Source of the DNA: Fistulifera solaris
Taxonomy: Eukaryota
Reading direction: 5' to 3'
NCBI GenBank assembly: GCA_030295235.1
Contig: AP026126.1
Span: 992,001-1,056,000, forward strand
DNA length: 64,000 nucleotides
The notes beneath the pieces are model-generated. The model made no database searches. It saw only the letters and a list, made by a program, of their open reading frames with translations, and was not told where the DNA came from. This document shows, one piece after another, positions 11,732 to 24,687 of this stretch (position 1 is the first letter of the stretch; every line of letters starts with the position of its first letter). Made by a program: the position numbers and the translations under genes.

Positions 11732-13477
11732 TCAAAACGTTTGCTTTTGCAAAGTATGTCGCTGTAATACGAGAAACACGGGTGCGAGCTCTGGGACGAG
11801 AATAGTTAGATCACTGTTGTCCGAGGGCCGGCTTTCTTTCGTATGCGATGCATCCATGAGATGACCACCAACCACAAACCAGTTAGGCTTGACAAGTCGC
11901 AGCCAGACTCTTCCCCACCGAAATCGGTGTATCATGAAAAGCAAGGATAGGAAAAGGCGAACGCCGACAAGAACCAGCAACCGAAGCAGAAAGAAGACCG
12001 CTTCATACACCAGTACCGTGGTGAAAAGGAATAGAGCAGCAGTAAAGAGAATTGTACCGAATAGGAGCTGCGTACTATCATAATTCATTGTGTCCGTCCG
12101 TTGGCGTAAGATATTGCGCTTTTTCCCTCGAAACAATCGCCACGACGACCGCAATACGAAAAGCTCAACCGAAAATAAAAAGTGGAAAGCTTGGGCAAGC
12201 ACTGCAAGATGTAGTGTCGTAAGCCGCCAAACGTCACAGAATAGGGTTAGCATACCCGATCCGCCAGCTAAAACCCCAAACGACCAAAGTAGGAATGGTG
12301 TATCCGAAACGTATGTACCCAAATCGAAGAACCTGCCGAGGAAGGCCTCATGTGCATTCAAACATGCTTTAGCCGCTTTTCCCATGCCTATGGTCAGTTT
12401 GACGTTAAGTTTGAAGCCGATGGGAAAACTTTCCATCCAATCCAACAACATTCTGAGCCAGTGAAAGTGCCTTTCGACCATTGCCGTGAACGATGCAAGA
12501 AAGTCTCGTCCAAAACTGGAGAGGACGAAGCACACCAAGACCCCCATGAACAAGTCCATAGCCCAACTGATAGTTTCATCAAGCCGTTTGATTGATTGAT
12601 CCACAATGGAGTAATGCGATTGTATCAAAGTCTGGTACTGTCTTTCACATTTTGTACAAAAACACCTGACCCGAGTGTTTGCTTGTGATGCGTTGAAAAG
12701 GGCGCGAAGAATCCGCACAAAGAGCGGCACATTTTGTACATGTTCTAGAAAGTAGGACTTGAAGGGTAGTGAGATCAAATGGCCCTTTACGACGTCTGAG
12801 AGTCCTTGCAGAGCCCTGGCTGATGGTCCTGAACGGTGAATGGGAAGGTTAGATGATACTACTTGTCCCGGAAGATGAATGGTCTGAATCACTGCGTTAG
12901 CGTGACTGATTCTTCCCAGAATGTTTTGAGAGAATCGCGAGTTATGATTAGCGGGGGTGTATAAAATAGCGTTTTCAAGCGTTTTTTCCTTTTCTGGTAG
13001 AGATTCATCTAGGTAATGATGGTATATGACAATTTGACGAAAAGAAGTGATAGCAGAGGATCCTGGTGTGGTGATATACACGGGAGTTCGTTCCGGAGAT
13101 ACTTGTAGTAACCACAACGCCGCATGTGACGATTTGTTAGTGATCCTATGGAGGATTGGCGACGTGTTGCAAATGGCGTAAGCCAGCACCTCAATGGTTT
13201 CAAAACAAAGTTTTCGAGTACATCCCCCGCACCCTGTTGGAGATTCATTCGCCGATCCATCACACGAACAACAAAAGCACGTGTTTTCCCTCAAAAAAAC
13301 CATTCTCTGTGTCAAGTTGTCCAGCTCGTAGCAGCCAACAATGCCTGCAACTAACCAGATGTCATCCAAGCACCATCCGACGATCCATCCTTCTTCGCTT
13401 CCCAAACCCGACGGCCAAAAAATGATACGATCTGCGTCATTTGAACTCTCCGTCGTTGATTGTTGATAGTTAGTCAT
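11732..13477 (-). CDS. PIGQ: GPI-GlcNAc transferase subunit PIG-Q/Gpi1
   Basis: Gpi1 motifs WMESFPIGFKLN and SWRLFRGKKRNILRQRTD..YDSTQLLFGTILFT. Confidence 0.88.
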   Translation of the reverse strand: MTNYQQSTTESSNDADRIIFWPSGLGSEEGWIVGWCLDDIWLVAGIVGCYELDNLTQRMVFLRENTCFCCSCDGSANESPTGCGGCTRKLCFETIEVLAYAICNTSPILHRITNKSSHAALWLLQVSPERTPVYITTPGSSAITSFRQIVIYHHYLDESLPEKEKTLENAILYTPANHNSRFSQNILGRISHANAVIQTIHLPGQVVSSNLPIHRSGPSARALQGLSDVVKGHLISLPFKSYFLEHVQNVPLFVRILRALFNASQANTRVRCFCTKCERQYQTLIQSHYSIVDQSIKRLDETISWAMDLFMGVLVCFVLSSFGRDFLASFTAMVERHFHWLRMLLDWMESFPIGFKLNVKLTIGMGKAAKACLNAHEAFLGRFFDLGTYVSDTPFLLWSFGVLAGGSGMLTLFCDVWRLTTLHLAVLAQAFHFLFSVELFVLRSSWRLFRGKKRNILRQRTDTMNYDSTQLLFGTILFTAALFLFTTVLVYEAVFFLLRLLVLVGVRLFLSLLFMIHRFRWGRVWLRLVKPNWFVVGGHLMDASHTKESRPSDNSDLTILVPELAPVFLVLQRHTLQKQTF

Positions 13478-14431
13478 TTAACATTCATTACTGAAACAAA
13501 GTGCTACGATTGCTTTGCGTTGCAGCTCATGGTTGCAGACTTTTTTTACGTGCTGTGTCATTGAGTTCGAGAACCGCAAGACTGAAATTTAGTCTTGGTA
13601 GACAAGTACGAAAACACGTTAATTCCAAAGCATGCGATCCGCGATAAATTTCGACGTCAATATGACAGGCTGTGCATTATTACGTTATTCAAAACACTTT
13701 TACAAACAAAGCATTTATTTGTGGCGAATTGAACTAGAGAGGGGAAAATTTAGTGATAAATAGTTTTCGCTCATGACTGAAGTTCAGTCTTGGATGTTTT
13801 CAACCCACATCATATTTAAACCCTTATACCAATCTCGAATTGAAGGACCCGGGAAAACTTCTTCAATACTCTGTTACCAATACACGGAGTGTCTACTTTC
13901 GACAGACCATATCAGCGATGCAAGAATGCATCTGATAAAATTTAAGAAAGACGGTGAAGCTTGTAATTTCACAGCAGAGATTATAGATTTCTTACCAAGA
14001 GGCATCTATTGTTCAGAAGTGTGGCAATTCTTCCTCCTAGTTTCTCTTTACGGCGTACTTTATTGATAGTTGACGTCGAAAATCTTCACATGAGGATGGT
14101 CCATCGCAATCCATCGTCCATAGGTCAATTTACGCAAGAATGGATTTAAGTCATGACAACGCTACAATTACGTTTAGTGTGAAACATACAACAGACTTCA
14201 ACGAAAGTTTTACGTTCTGTACTATGTCTAACCGCAGCTAGCTAGGCGTTTCTCCCGCCACCCGCCACTCTCGATACTTATTTGCAAAAACTCGTCCGCT
14301 TTCCCTGCGGTCCGCGCTACGCAAGCGAAACAATGCAAGTGGGCCATCACTTCGCGATAGATCCACTACATGTCTTTGCACAGTAACAAAGGTCAAGATA
14401 AGCATTAATTCTTCAATCTGCATTACATAAC

Positions 14432-15660
14432 ATGCCAGACGTAGACACTGCCGCACCAGTTCCCATGTCGATCGACAGCAACAAGGAAAATGCTCAAAAG
14501 AATACGAACCTGACATCGTATCAACTTCCTTGGGTAGAAAAATACCGTCCGCGCTCTCTCGACGACGTCCTTGGCAACACCGAGACCGTGGAACGACTTC
14601 GGTCGATCGCAAAAGAAGGAAATGTACCTAATTTAATTCTATGCGGACCACCGGGTACGGGTAAAACTACCAGTGTCCATGCGCTTGCGCGCGAGCTCTT
14701 AGGTAGTGCTTACAAGAATGCTGTTCTGGAGCTCAATGCTTCGGATGCCCGTGGCATTGATGTAAGTTAGAGATGTTCATCGCTCCCGAAACGCTATCAA
14801 ATTGCTTACTCTATGATATTTTGGTCCCTTGTGTCGAATCATAGGTCGTTCGAAACCAAATCAAAAGCTTTGCTATGAATAAAGTGACTCTTCCGCCGGG
14901 ACGGTAGGTGACTTATCGCGATGTTTATTTTTCAACATTAAATCGTTTGATAACAATTGAATTCGCGGTTATTTTCGACAGCCACAAGATCATTATATTG
15001 GACGAAGCGGACAGTATGACCAGTGCCGCCCAACAAGCACTCCGACGCACCATGGAATTGTATTCGAGTACCACGCGCTTTTGCTTGGCATGCAATGTAT
15101 CGACGAAAATCATCGAAGCCATTCAGAGTCGCGCAGCGATTCTTCGTTATTCTAGATTGTCCAACGATGACGTGTTACAATGCCTTTTGAAAGTGTGTCA
15201 AGCCGAAGAAGTCGCTTACACTGAGGATGGATTGGAAGCGTTATTGTTTACGGCGGAAGGCGATATGCGCCATGCACTCAACAATCTTCAAGCTTCTTCG
15301 TACTTGGCAGCGAGTAGTGGAGGAGGAACTGTCAATCAGAATACTGTGTTCAAGGTTTGTGATCAACCCCATCCCAAGATTGTCGGTGACATCATCACAT
15401 TCTGTTCAAAAGGAAAGACCAAAGAAGCAGCCGATACGATGCGCTCTCTGTACAAATCAGGATACTCGGCGAGCGACATTATTGGAACTATTTTCAAAGT
15501 AGTCAAGGCCCGAACGGACCTGTCGGAAGGCTTGAAATTGGAGTTCATGCGAGAGATTGGGTTTACCCACATGAGAATTGCTGATGGGGTGAACTCATTG
15601 CTGCAATTGGTGGGATTGATTGCTAGATTATCACAGAAAAGCCAGAGTATGGCGTCTTAG
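14432..15660 (+). CDS. RFC2: Replication factor C small subunit (human RFC2 / yeast Rfc4 type), 3 exons
   Basis: [40 protein letters not shown] and SR motifs. Introns 14762..14844 and 14904..14981 splice in frame. Confidence 0.95.
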
Positions 15661-15741
15661 GAGACATACTTATTCTAGAATGCTTATTACAAACAACAAA
15701 AAGTTTACCAGTATTACATACAACATCATGGACGGAAAATA

Positions 15742-16311
15742 TTATCTTTCGTAAACTGATTTGTAAACGGATACATCGTAATCCCTTGTTGCATATTCTG
15801 TGACATCGTACTCGGATACTTCGTAATCCTGTCCGAAGGTGCCTTGCAGCCCCGCGATTGATTCTTTTATTGACTTTTCGTCTCGATCTGAAGATGGATC
15901 GGCTGTGGTACTACTATTGTGACTCACTAAGTTATCGAGTTGCGTACGATTACGTGATAAACGGTTGGCTTTGTTGACGGCAGCTCTGGCACAATAATTC
16001 TGCGCCCAGACAGTAGTGTTGGCTCTTTGAATGTCTTCCAGCTCTTGTTCCGCCGAAATTAGCCCGCGACGAGTAGCTAGATTCGTTACAACCCTTCCGC
16101 TACCTTGAACAGCGGAAGGAATGCCATCTTCATTGGGAACAGCGATAGCGTCTTCGACAATACAACCATATTCCGGTACAAGCGGAACCGCGTTGACGAA
16201 GCTGTGCTGGTCTGCCGGAGATATTAAACGCGCTGTCGGTAACTCTTCATCGTTGCCCAAAACGTCCGTGAATATGGCTGATGCTTCTACAGGTAATTGG
16301 GAGCTGGTCAT
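15742..16311 (-). CDS. Hypothetical protein
   Basis: 189-aa ORF filling the gap between genes; C-terminal YEVSEY/YDVTEY/YDVSVY repeats. Confidence 0.55.
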   Translation of the reverse strand: MTSSQLPVEASAIFTDVLGNDEELPTARLISPADQHSFVNAVPLVPEYGCIVEDAIAVPNEDGIPSAVQGSGRVVTNLATRRGLISAEQELEDIQRANTTVWAQNYCARAAVNKANRLSRNRTQLDNLVSHNSSTTADPSSDRDEKSIKESIAGLQGTFGQDYEVSEYDVTEYATRDYDVSVYKSVYER

Positions 16312-16658
16312 GACTGACTATCAACAAGCTGTGGTTCCTTGTTTCTTACTTCGTAGTTCCTTTCGTGTCAACAAAGAGCAGCAGAATGAAGATAGGCGCT
16401 GGGGACAAGTCCCGCTTGCCGAATCCCATTTCGATCGTGAAATCGTACCGCTCTTCAAAGAGTGCAATCGTGTGCTGGTGTGACAGAATTCTTTTCTGTT
16501 CTCCACGATTGAAATTCGAACCGTTGTGACGCGAGGTTCGCAATCTTTGACATCGCCCTCTCATTTTTCAGTTCACGTTGTTCTCATAAAATTCACAAGC
16601 AGAGCAAATACAGCAATCGACACATACTTTTCACAAAGCAAAGCAACAACAAACCACA

Positions 16659-17174
16659 ATGGCTCTTAACCGATACAACACCTTGTTCAACCACCCCTTT
16701 GGAGTCGGTTTTGATGATTTCTTTTCCCCTTCTCCCTTCTTAACGAGCGACCCCTTCGAGCTCATGCCTGTTCTTCGCAACATCGACCGTTCGCCCGACG
16801 CAATCCTTCGTCGCTCATCTCCTGGATTCGAGATTCACGAACATGAAAAGGAGTACCAGATTAGTGTCGATGTTCCCGGAGTGAAGGCTTCCGACATGAA
16901 GCTGGAGTTGGAAGAAGACGGTCGGGTCCTCCATCTCTCGGGAGGCCGCAAGATTGAACGCGAAGGAAGTGTATCCGAAACACGATTCGACAAAAAGTTC
17001 TACGTGGGCGAGAATGTTAACTTGGAGAAACTGAAAGCCAACCTTGCGGATGGAGTGTTGACTCTGGTGGCTCCCAAGAAGGAAGTGGAGAAACCCAAGT
17101 TGACGTCCATTCCTATTACCGAGTCGACACATTCGGACGAGAAGAAAGAGGAAATGGACACCGAGAGCAAGTAG
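16659..17174 (+). CDS. Small heat shock protein (HSP20/alpha-crystallin)
   Basis: VDVPGVK..LHLSGGR..F..GENV..LKANLADGVLTLVAPK. Confidence 0.95.
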   Translation: MALNRYNTLFNHPFGVGFDDFFSPSPFLTSDPFELMPVLRNIDRSPDAILRRSSPGFEIHEHEKEYQISVDVPGVKASDMKLELEEDGRVLHLSGGRKIEREGSVSETRFDKKFYVGENVNLEKLKANLADGVLTLVAPKKEVEKPKLTSIPITESTHSDEKKEEMDTESK

Positions 17175-17799
17175 CGAGTTTTAGCGAGATACGTAGTTCA
17201 TAGTGAATAAGTAATGTATAACAAGTAGATTAGCTAGTTCAAAATACCATTAAATTTTGATAGCTTTCCTCTCCCGAAGACCTTTTGCTTCTCATCATTT
17301 CCCAAGCGGAAAATTTCCAACCATGTGCCACATGTGTAAATCATAAGAGTAAACAAGGCGGGACACAGCCGAAGTCGATACGTACCAGGTTACGCACCTT
17401 GGGCCCGAGAATGATCTCATGCCCCTACATTCACACAGGACAATATCAAAGATTATTTGTTTGTGATGTTGCCCCGAATGATTGCCGTTGATGCGTCACG
17501 TCAAATCGAAGGCTTTAACATTAAGACGTAGGGCACTCGATCATCCAACTACTGACTCAACCTTGACTCACCGCTTAACGAACTTTCAGTCCCGGAAACA
17601 ATCGACAGCCGACGACAGCCGCGCAATTCCCGACCTTTAACAATAATTAATAATGATAATAAGCAAATGCGATTGCAACGAAACCAAAAAGAGTCGTTCA
17701 GGTTTTATAATTATTTTCAAGGTTTACGCTAATCCGTTCTCAGTAAAGAAAATCTATTTCGCTGGTGTTGCTTGCAATTCTTCGGCTTCAGACAGAAAC

Positions 17800-18735
17800 A
17801 TGACCGAAGAGGAAAAGGGGACCGAAACAGTAACGAACGAGAGCAAGGAAATTCCTACCACTAGCACTTCGGATTGCTTTCAATCCTCCGTTGCAGAGAA
17901 AAGTCATGTGACTGAGGACGAAACTGCCCAGCATCCATTATCAAAGAAACAGTTGAAACGAAAACGTAGACTGGAAAAATTAATGGAAGTCAAGGCGAGG
18001 CGTAAATCGCAGGAGAGAGAGGCAAAGATTGCCAAGGCGATCGCGGCAGGTCGTGATCTGGAAGAAGAACGCCGCCAAATGGAGCAACGGACTAAAGATG
18101 GGGAAGGAAAGAGACAGCGAGACGAATCCTGGCTCCAAAAAAAGCTTCCCATGGCCAAAAACGCATTTGAAGTTTGTCTTGACTGCTGTTTCGAGGACCA
18201 CATGACTTCGAAGGAGATCAATAGTTTGGCTTTACAAATTCGCTACTGCTATTCCAACAACAGGCAAAACCCTTGTTTTCTCGCCGCAACGAGCGTCACA
18301 GGAAAAACCTTAGATCACTTAAAGAAAAATTCAGGTTATGAACAATGGGGTAATCGGGCGTTCACAATCACGGACCAATCGATGGAGGAGTACTACAAAG
18401 ATCGAATGGACAGGATTGTGTATTTGACGAGCGATTCAGAAACGACTTTACACACGTTGGATAACAGCAAAATTTACGTCATTGGCGGTATCGTAGATCG
18501 AAACAGACTCAAAAAAGCGGCGCTGAATAGGGCCAACGCACTCGGTGTAGCCACCGCAAAACTCCCAATCGATGTGCACATGAAAATGATGGGGGCAACA
18601 AGAGTTCTGACATGCAACCACGTCTTTGAAATACTGCAGCACTGCCGTTTTAATTGTAATGATTGGAAAAAAGCGCTCTCGGAGGTACTCCCAAAGCGTA
18701 AAGATATCACGGTTCGCGAAGACGAAAATGATTAA
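17800..18735 (+). CDS. TRM10: tRNA m1G9 methyltransferase Trm10
   Basis: VYLTSDS, YVIGGIVDRNR, AKLPI and VLTCNHVFEIL motifs. ATG at 17800 is the preferred start. Confidence 0.92.
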   Translation: MTEEEKGTETVTNESKEIPTTSTSDCFQSSVAEKSHVTEDETAQHPLSKKQLKRKRRLEKLMEVKARRKSQEREAKIAKAIAAGRDLEEERRQMEQRTKDGEGKRQRDESWLQKKLPMAKNAFEVCLDCCFEDHMTSKEINSLALQIRYCYSNNRQNPCFLAATSVTGKTLDHLKKNSGYEQWGNRAFTITDQSMEEYYKDRMDRIVYLTSDSETTLHTLDNSKIYVIGGIVDRNRLKKAALNRANALGVATAKLPIDVHMKMMGATRVLTCNHVFEILQHCRFNCNDWKKALSEVLPKRKDITVREDEND

Positions 18736-18759
18736 AGCTATTTAACCAGCCTGAGAACC

Positions 18760-21678
18760 CTAAAAAAAGTTTTCTGTGTCACATGCTTTGATGGCCGCTT
18801 TGAGGTTCGTTCGAAATCTGGATCCTTTCTGGTTCTTAGGACTCGCCTTTAAAATCTGTACCAAGAAGACAGTAAAGCTGGCGCGAAGCGCTTCACCTTC
18901 ATCCATGTGATCCATTTCTTCGTTTTCATCCTTGTTTTTCTTCGTTCTTCCGACCCCATTTTCGAAGAGCTCTATTACATCTGAGGGATTCTCGAAATAC
19001 TCCATGAGGTCAGAAAAGAATACTGCTAAAAATATAGTTGCATTCTCCGATAGATCTTCAGGCGAAGCCATATCAATCGCCTTGAGTACATTCAACTTGA
19101 GATGACGATGCGTGACGACGAGGTGAAATAGAAGTTTGGCAAGGTTGGCAGCTTTGCGAGCATCGCTATCCTCGAACGTCTTGAATGCATCCCAGAAGGC
19201 CAACTGAAAAGAGAACTTGCATTGCATTTGAAACTCACAAATCCTTGCGGCGAGATGGGAATAGTATTTATTGAACGATTTCTCCTTTGCGCAACACTCC
19301 AAAAGCACCCGGACCGTCTCTCTCTCTGTCTTATTCTTCAGTAAGTTCGCTCGCACTAATTTCTCAAATGAGTCATCGCAATCTGCTGACCCCATGATAA
19401 TACAGAAAATGGAACGCCGTACGTCTGAGTTCATTCGATACTTCTCTGCCAATTTCAACAGTTTTACTTCCTCTTCGCTATGAAAGGTTGGTTCTACTTG
19501 GGAGACTGAAACCGTTCTTTCTGCATTGTCTCCTGGTTGTTCATTGTTGTAGCTAAACTGATTACCGGCCCACGACGCTCCAACTTTCCAATATCGACCT
19601 TTGGTTTCTATGTTTAAAATATCGGCCAAAGAAACCCGAAGTAATGTAGATCCTGACGCAAAAGCGGCTCCGTTTGTTCCTGCTTTAACCTGCCCAATCA
19701 CTTTACGCAGCCTAGCTGTTTTTTCAATGAGGGGGGCATCTTGCTGGTTTCGCTTCTTGTTATTCTTCAAGTCCATAATTGCCGTTACCATGTAATCCAC
19801 TCTAGCTGCGTTTTTTAAATTTGCAGCAACTTCCAGTGCACGCTTTTGAACCAAGAGAACAATATCCTTTAATGCAGAAGGATCATCCGAACGTAATGCT
19901 CGACCCGAATGTCGAAGGACAAGGAGAAGAAGCTCAATGTCGATTTCTTTAAAACTTTCAAGAAAGTCACGAATGATATCGTATACTAGGGAGCAATGAA
20001 TGATCCCGAAGTTGTACATGTAGCAGAGAAAAATAGTCATGTTGGACCCTTGCTTTGCTAGCAAATCGCTGTCGTCACCAACGGATGTAGACCCAGTTGA
20101 ATCGCGTGAGACTTTGAGCTCTTCCCATAGTTCGGTAACAACTTTCTCCATGAGAAAGGCACCTAGCTGAGAAGTGTCGCCCTTAAGTGCTTGCACACCT
20201 GCAAGAGCAGCCACGTACTCTGGAATAAGCCCTGTCATAAGATGGACACGAGATATACATGCGCTTTTTGCGTTTGTCCAGATACAATCATTTACATCCG
20301 ATGTGGGGTAGGATGGGTACAAGCGTGCGATGGTCTGTGCCACAGATATGACCGAGTCGGATGATAATTTGTTGAGTACATGATTAAGTGATCGTTGAAT
20401 CGCTTGAAGGTTCTCCTGTCGCTTTTTGTCGTTCTCAGAATCTAAGGAAGCTTCAGCTTTCCGCAGATGAGGGGGAATGTACTTTCGAGGTGCAGCGTCA
20501 CCAGGCTCTGTTTGAATCCTTTTCCCGTAAATGTCTTCCCCTTCTGCTGGTTTGTATGTGTGTCGAACATCATGATCATCCCCTACATTGTCGCTCTCAG
20601 ATTGACTGGTTCGGCTCGAGTCATCTCTGGAATCAAGCGACGCATAGCCATCATCGTATTGCGAGCGATGGGTGCTTTCTGCATCCTGGTCTGAATCACT
20701 TTCGTCAATGGAACTGCCATGATATTCATCTTCAGCGACGCTATCTTCCAAAGTATCCTGAGCTTTTCCCGTGACACGGTTGACAAGATTATCTAGGTCA
20801 TCTAGAAAATCTCCAAAGTCCACACCATACCCTTCTTCTTTGGCGTACTCCTTGTTTAACTTCTTTTTGTCTTTACTGCCCTTCAAGCCAAGCTTTGACT
20901 CAAGCTCTTTGATCTCTTCGTCATCTCTACGTAGTGCAGCGACAACATTTTCATCCCAGTTAAGCTTTGCCTGATTAGATTTTGCGCGTGTCGCTTCTGT
21001 CGCAAGATTCTCTTTAATGTCCGAACGTTCCTCGTCGTTTGCGTCGCCTTCGTCAACGCTTCCGTCATCAAGGCTGTCTTCTACTATTTCATCCTCCTCG
21101 TCGTTGTCGTCACCACTATCATCCAAGTCTTCACTTTCATTACCGTCTTCCGCAAATTCGTTGTCTCCCCCCTCCAGACGAAGTCTCTGTGTCATCCTCG
21201 TAGTTTTCGGACCGCGAAGGCCGTGTCACGCGATCTATCATTCCATCTATATCATCCAGAAAGCTTGCAAAGTCGTCTCCATATCCTTCTTGCGTTGAAA
21301 ACTCTTTTTTCAGAAGGTCTCTTCCCTTTCTTTGCGAGAGACCTAATTTTTTCTGCAAAGCGGCAATTTCTTCGTCGTCTCTTCGCAGCGCGTCTGCCGT
21401 AGCTTCATCCAAATGAGTGTACGGATCGCTTTTTTGAACTTTACTTCGCCTTGGTTTCCTTTCTCTCTGTGTTATCTCTGCCTCTTTACGTTTTCGGTCG
21501 TTACTTATTGCTTCTTTTCGTAGAACAACGGAACAACAGTTTCAACATGGGTCTGCTCGGAAGCAGCTGTTCGCCTCACCTGACGCTTTTTGCTTCGCTG
21601 CTCTTTGCGTCGAGCTTTTCGTAGTTCCACTTGGGTCTGCATCGACTTAGAGGAATAGGGAGAAGCTTTTTGTTTCAT
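18760..21678 (-). CDS. NOM1: Nucleolar MIF4G/MA3 protein NOM1/Sgd1 (frameshifts near 21510 and 21200)
   Basis: KYIPPHLR, LNKLS, LRSDDPSALKDI, DLKNNK, GRYWKVGASW, RMNSDVRRSIFCIIM and CCAKEKSFNKYY. The 5' part lies in two other frames. Confidence 0.88.
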
Positions 21679-22095
21679 GGTATTCTGTTTTAACGACACA
21701 GAGTTGACTTCTGAATGTTTGCCATGTGGGTCAGCGTTTTTCTGCAAAATGAAAGAAATTGTTTGTCGCGCTCGCGCAGTTATTTTTCTTGGCTGTCCTT
21801 GACCGTGTTTCAAATTCCCAGTCACGAATAGTCTAGTCTGTCCGCAATCCGGATTTTTCCGGAGTACTATTTTGAATTTCGGTTTCCATGTGGAAGTCAT
21901 TGTGCGCGACGTCCGCGCGGCTCCCAATGGCACTATAATTGGGATAGCCCTTTTTTACCCTTGAAGCTGTGAAGCCGCGTATACTTGGTAAGAGTTTGAT
22001 GGAAGCGGAAGCGGCGGGTGAACCTTTAAGACGACGATGGATGACAGCAACCATGTTATTTACTCTCCTTGCTTGAAACAAATAGTTTATTGGAT

Positions 22096-22590
22096 ATGCA
22101 ATTCATTTTGATAATTACCGCCCTTCTTTCTACACAGGCCTTTGCCTTCACGAGTCCGTGCGCACAGCCGTCCCGAACAACCGCCTTGAACTTGTTCGGC
22201 GGGGGTAACAAGGGAGGTCAAGCCAAAGGACCCGGCATGATGGATCAGTTGGCTATGTTTAAAAAAAGCTCAAGAGATGGCACAGAAAAGAAAGAACTGG
22301 ATAATGAACTGAGTCAGATGACCTTTTATGGCACTAGCTCTGACGGAAAAGTGAAAGGAACGTTCAAGTACATCCCCAACACCAACCCTTTAGACCCCAA
22401 TCCTGAATACGAACCCCAGAACTTTGATTTTGACGATGATTTCTTCGCATCTGCTTCACCGGATGTCCTTGCGGCGGCTATCAAAGAAGCCGTACTCAAC
22501 GGGATCGAAGAGACCAACACAGCCGTCGCTGAAAAGTATGCTGTATTACAAGCAGACCTGATGTCTGTTATGGGAGGTAACAATAAATAA
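22096..22590 (+). CDS. Plastid-targeted YbaB/EbfC (STIC2-like) family protein
   Basis: Signal peptide ending AFA-F, then LFGG and MDQLAMFKK(AQEMAQKK)KELDNEL..GTSSDGKVK..LAAAIKEA. Two compensating A-run indels at 22261-22292. Confidence 0.7.
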   Translation: MQFILIITALLSTQAFAFTSPCAQPSRTTALNLFGGGNKGGQAKGPGMMDQLAMFKKSSRDGTEKKELDNELSQMTFYGTSSDGKVKGTFKYIPNTNPLDPNPEYEPQNFDFDDDFFASASPDVLAAAIKEAVLNGIEETNTAVAEKYAVLQADLMSVMGGNNK

Positions 22591-22896
22591 TCTACTTCCG
22601 ATAAATTTTAAAATAGGTCGTTGATTCACGGTTTAAATATTCTTGTTCTTGAATAGAGAATAGTTCTAGGATGCTTGTCCGCGACCGTAACAAAAGTGTT
22701 TACTCGGCCTCGACACTACGTGAGGCGAACGTATTGATTAAGTCTAACCAAACCAGGGGGAAGCACTATCAGGTCAACTTCTCGATACCTCCAAGCAAAA
22801 ACGGGCTTTCTTAGTTGATTTTATCTAAGTCATTCGACGTTTGATAAGCTTGCCTAGTAGAGTCACTCACTGAAAAGATGTATCTAATTTGAATAT

Positions 22897-24687
22897 TTAG
22901 GATCTATCTTCAGCCCGCTTGGCTTTGTTCTTGGCAAGGAAATCAAGCTGATCGTCAGTGGGTTTCATCGCAGGGAAGAGTAAGACCTCCTTAATGTTGT
23001 TCTTATTCGTCAAGAACATGGTGAAGCGATCGACACCAAGACCGAAACCACCAGTAGGGGGAAGCCCGTGCTCAAGAGCTGTGACGAAACCATCATCCGT
23101 GATCATCGCTTCATCATCACCAGCACTGCTCGCCTTGGCTTGTTCTAAGAACAACTCGTACTGTACCGCTGGATCATTCAACTCTGTGTACGCATTGGCC
23201 AACTAAAAACAAGAAAGGAACGTGAGTAAAAGTACGATTTTTATGCTACGACCCCATGCTTTACTTACCTCGCGACCTGCCACAAACAGTTCAAATCGCT
23301 CCGTCAAATGTTTCTTCGTTCTATGGTATTTGGCTAGAGGACTCATGATCTGCGGATGCTCCGTGATGAAAGTCGGATTGATGATATCGCTTTCCAAAAA
23401 TTCACCAACAAGTGCATCCAAAAGTCGTGCTGTTGTATGAGGCGGCGTGCACTCTACGCCATGCTTGGCAAGAATAGCAATCAGCTTCTCCTCAACTTCG
23501 GGATCGTCCAGTTCAGGCAACTTATCTTTCATCGCTTCCTCGAGACCTTCCATCATGGGAATGCGCTTGAACGGCGGTTCAAAATCAATTTCAATCTCCT
23601 TCGCTCCTGGCTTGGGCACGTACTTGATCTTGTAGCTACCCGTAATTTGCTTGACCATACCACTCACCATTTCTTCGCACATGGTCATTAGATCGTTGTA
23701 GTCAGCGTAGGCCATATAAAACTCCAAAGTGGTGAATTCGGGGTTGTGCGTCAGGTCAATTCCTTCGTTTCGAAATTGGCGACCGAGTTCATAGACCCGG
23801 TCGAGTCCACCAATAACCAACATTTTCAAGTAAAGTTCTGGAGCAATCCGAAGATACAGGTCCATGCTGAGATCGTTGTGGTACGTCACAAATGGCCGAG
23901 CAACGGCACCACCAGGGATCATGTTCATCATGGGTGTCTCCACTTCGATAAAATGTCGTTCATCTAGATATTTGCGGATGCCATTGATGACTTGTGAGCG
24001 CACGATGAAGGTATTTCGGACATCGTTGTTCACAATGAGATCCAAGTATCGCTGGCGGTATCTTGTTTCCATGTTGGTAATACCTCCGAGATTAGAGTCT
24101 CCTTTGGCGAAAGGCAACATGTGCAAGCAGGGTGACAGTAACTCAATGTAGGTCGGGAAGATTGACAGCTCTCCCTTTTTACTTTTTCCGGGGAAACCCT
24201 TGACACCAATGATATCTCCACGTTTGAGTTTGTGATGGATCTTGTGAAAGGCTTCTTCGCCTTCCGCGTACATCTGCAGACCCGACATGACTTGCACCTT
24301 TGCTCCATCACCTCGAATGTCATAAAAATAAAGCTTTCCCTGTCCTCGAACGGACACGATACGGCCCGCAATACTGACGGATGTATCGAGGTGTTCACCA
24401 TCTTCGGTCTTGGACATGAATTCCTCACAATAGTCCGGAAGGCGGTAATCGACATGAAACTTGTGGGGATAAGGATCTTCACCGTTTTCCTTGAGAGCTT
24501 TGACAGCAGCCTCACGGTTCGCCTTGAATTGACTAGGATCCATTTCCTCTTCATTTTCTGCCTTGGGATTGTTTGCGGCTTCGGCAGCTCTCTTGGCTTC
24601 CTTCTCTGCCTTGGCAGCGGCCGCCTTTTCGGCTTTGAGCTTCTTCTTGAGCGCGTTCTTGGATAGCTCTCCTCCTTCTTCTGCCAT
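22897..24687 (-). CDS. KARS: Lysyl-tRNA synthetase class II, eukaryotic cytosolic type, 2 exons
   Basis: YPHKF, OB fold, [23 protein letters not shown] and [14 protein letters not shown]. Intron 23268..23203. Confidence 0.97.

Noticed and set aside
16485..16520. Heat-shock element upstream of HSP20
   Set aside because: GAA/TTC triplets are present but not in the canonical alternating nGAAn spacing.
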